Origin: Pavona decussata
Lineage: Eukaryota
Assembly (NCBI GenBank): GCA_977016875.1
Contig: CDRNST010000104.1
Coordinates: 2,852,001-2,916,000 of the forward strand
Reading direction: 5' to 3'
Length of the DNA: 64,000 nucleotides
The translations under genes and the position numbers were made by a program. A model generated the notes under the pieces. The model ran no database searches and was not told where the DNA came from. It worked only from the letters and a program-made list of their open reading frames with translations. Shown here one piece after another: positions 63,279 through 64,000 of this stretch (position 1 is its first letter; each line of letters starts with the position of its first letter).

Positions 63279-64000
63279 CTGTGGAGAAACAATAAAACGT
63301 TGTCAGGTGGCTTACAGAAAGGTTCAAGAGTGACATGAACAAAATGTCTCAAGACATACAGTAACACAAGGGTAAATAAAGAGTGACAAGCCTGCATGGC
63401 TCCCTCATGTATGCTTCAGTCTTTAGCTTAAAACAAAACTGGGTTTTGAAGACCTACACCACTCCCATATATTTGTAGAGGGTTTGGAAGATTTAATAGA
63501 GCTTTGTATTTAATCATCATGTGTCGAACGCGACCACCCTCGAGGAATTGCTTAGTGGCCGCTTAATAGAGGTTGGCCACTCAATAGAGGTTCGTCAGAA
63601 ATAAACACCAGGCATGGTAGAATCTTCACTTTATTACGTATAACTACAAATCATATAAAGTGCGAAGTATAAAGACATGAAATAGCCCACAACGTTAACG
63701 AAAACAAGAGTTCATACAGTACTGACAATTATCAAACAAATGTCATTTGTTTAAACACGAAGAACAGTAACTCTTTGAGGCCTATTTGAATTTGCTTGTT
63801 ACAGGAAACTGTGGTCGACATTAAATTTTACGTTTCCCGCAACGTGCTTTGTTTTTCATAAAATTGAATAAGCAATAAAACGTTACGTTAACAATTGAGC
63901 CAAAGAAAGGGTGTTCAAACACGAAAAATATGGAAACATGAGAATAAAGTAATTTCCATGGTTGGTTTAAACTGTAACACTGCTACAAAAGCACCCCCCT

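Overview
AT-rich, intron-containing animal DNA. The repeat families and gene content suggest an anthozoan such as a stony coral (inference). Positions 1-~49 kb hold a tandem array of three paralogous + strand genes (stops at 916, 18340 and 42805; copy A is cut by the window edge). In copies B and C, an exon encoding a DZIP3/hRUL138-type HEPN domain with an intact R-x5-H motif plus a coiled coil splices in frame (phase 1) onto one 1.77-kb exon encoding B-box, coiled coil, filamin and NHL domains. The predicted 823-aa product is a TRIM-NHL protein with a putative HEPN ribonuclease where the RING ligase normally sits. Differences among the three NHL propellers concentrate at predicted ligand-face positions, and IRF/ISRE-like motifs are kept in a duplicated block upstream of copy B. 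Together this looks like a diversifying sensor-nuclease immune family (inference). Positions 50068-63278 (- strand) carry 19 3' exons of a PP6 regulatory subunit gene (PPP6R3/SAPS family); its last four exons were co-duplicated into the array as pseudo-exons. The array is dense with mobile DNA: a very recent intact Ty3/Gypsy LTR element, Penelope-derived hairpins with hammerhead ribozymes, a Helentron/HINE-like element with a nested Kolobok-type MITE, L2/CR1 fragments, hAT remnants, MITEs and tRNA-derived SINEs.
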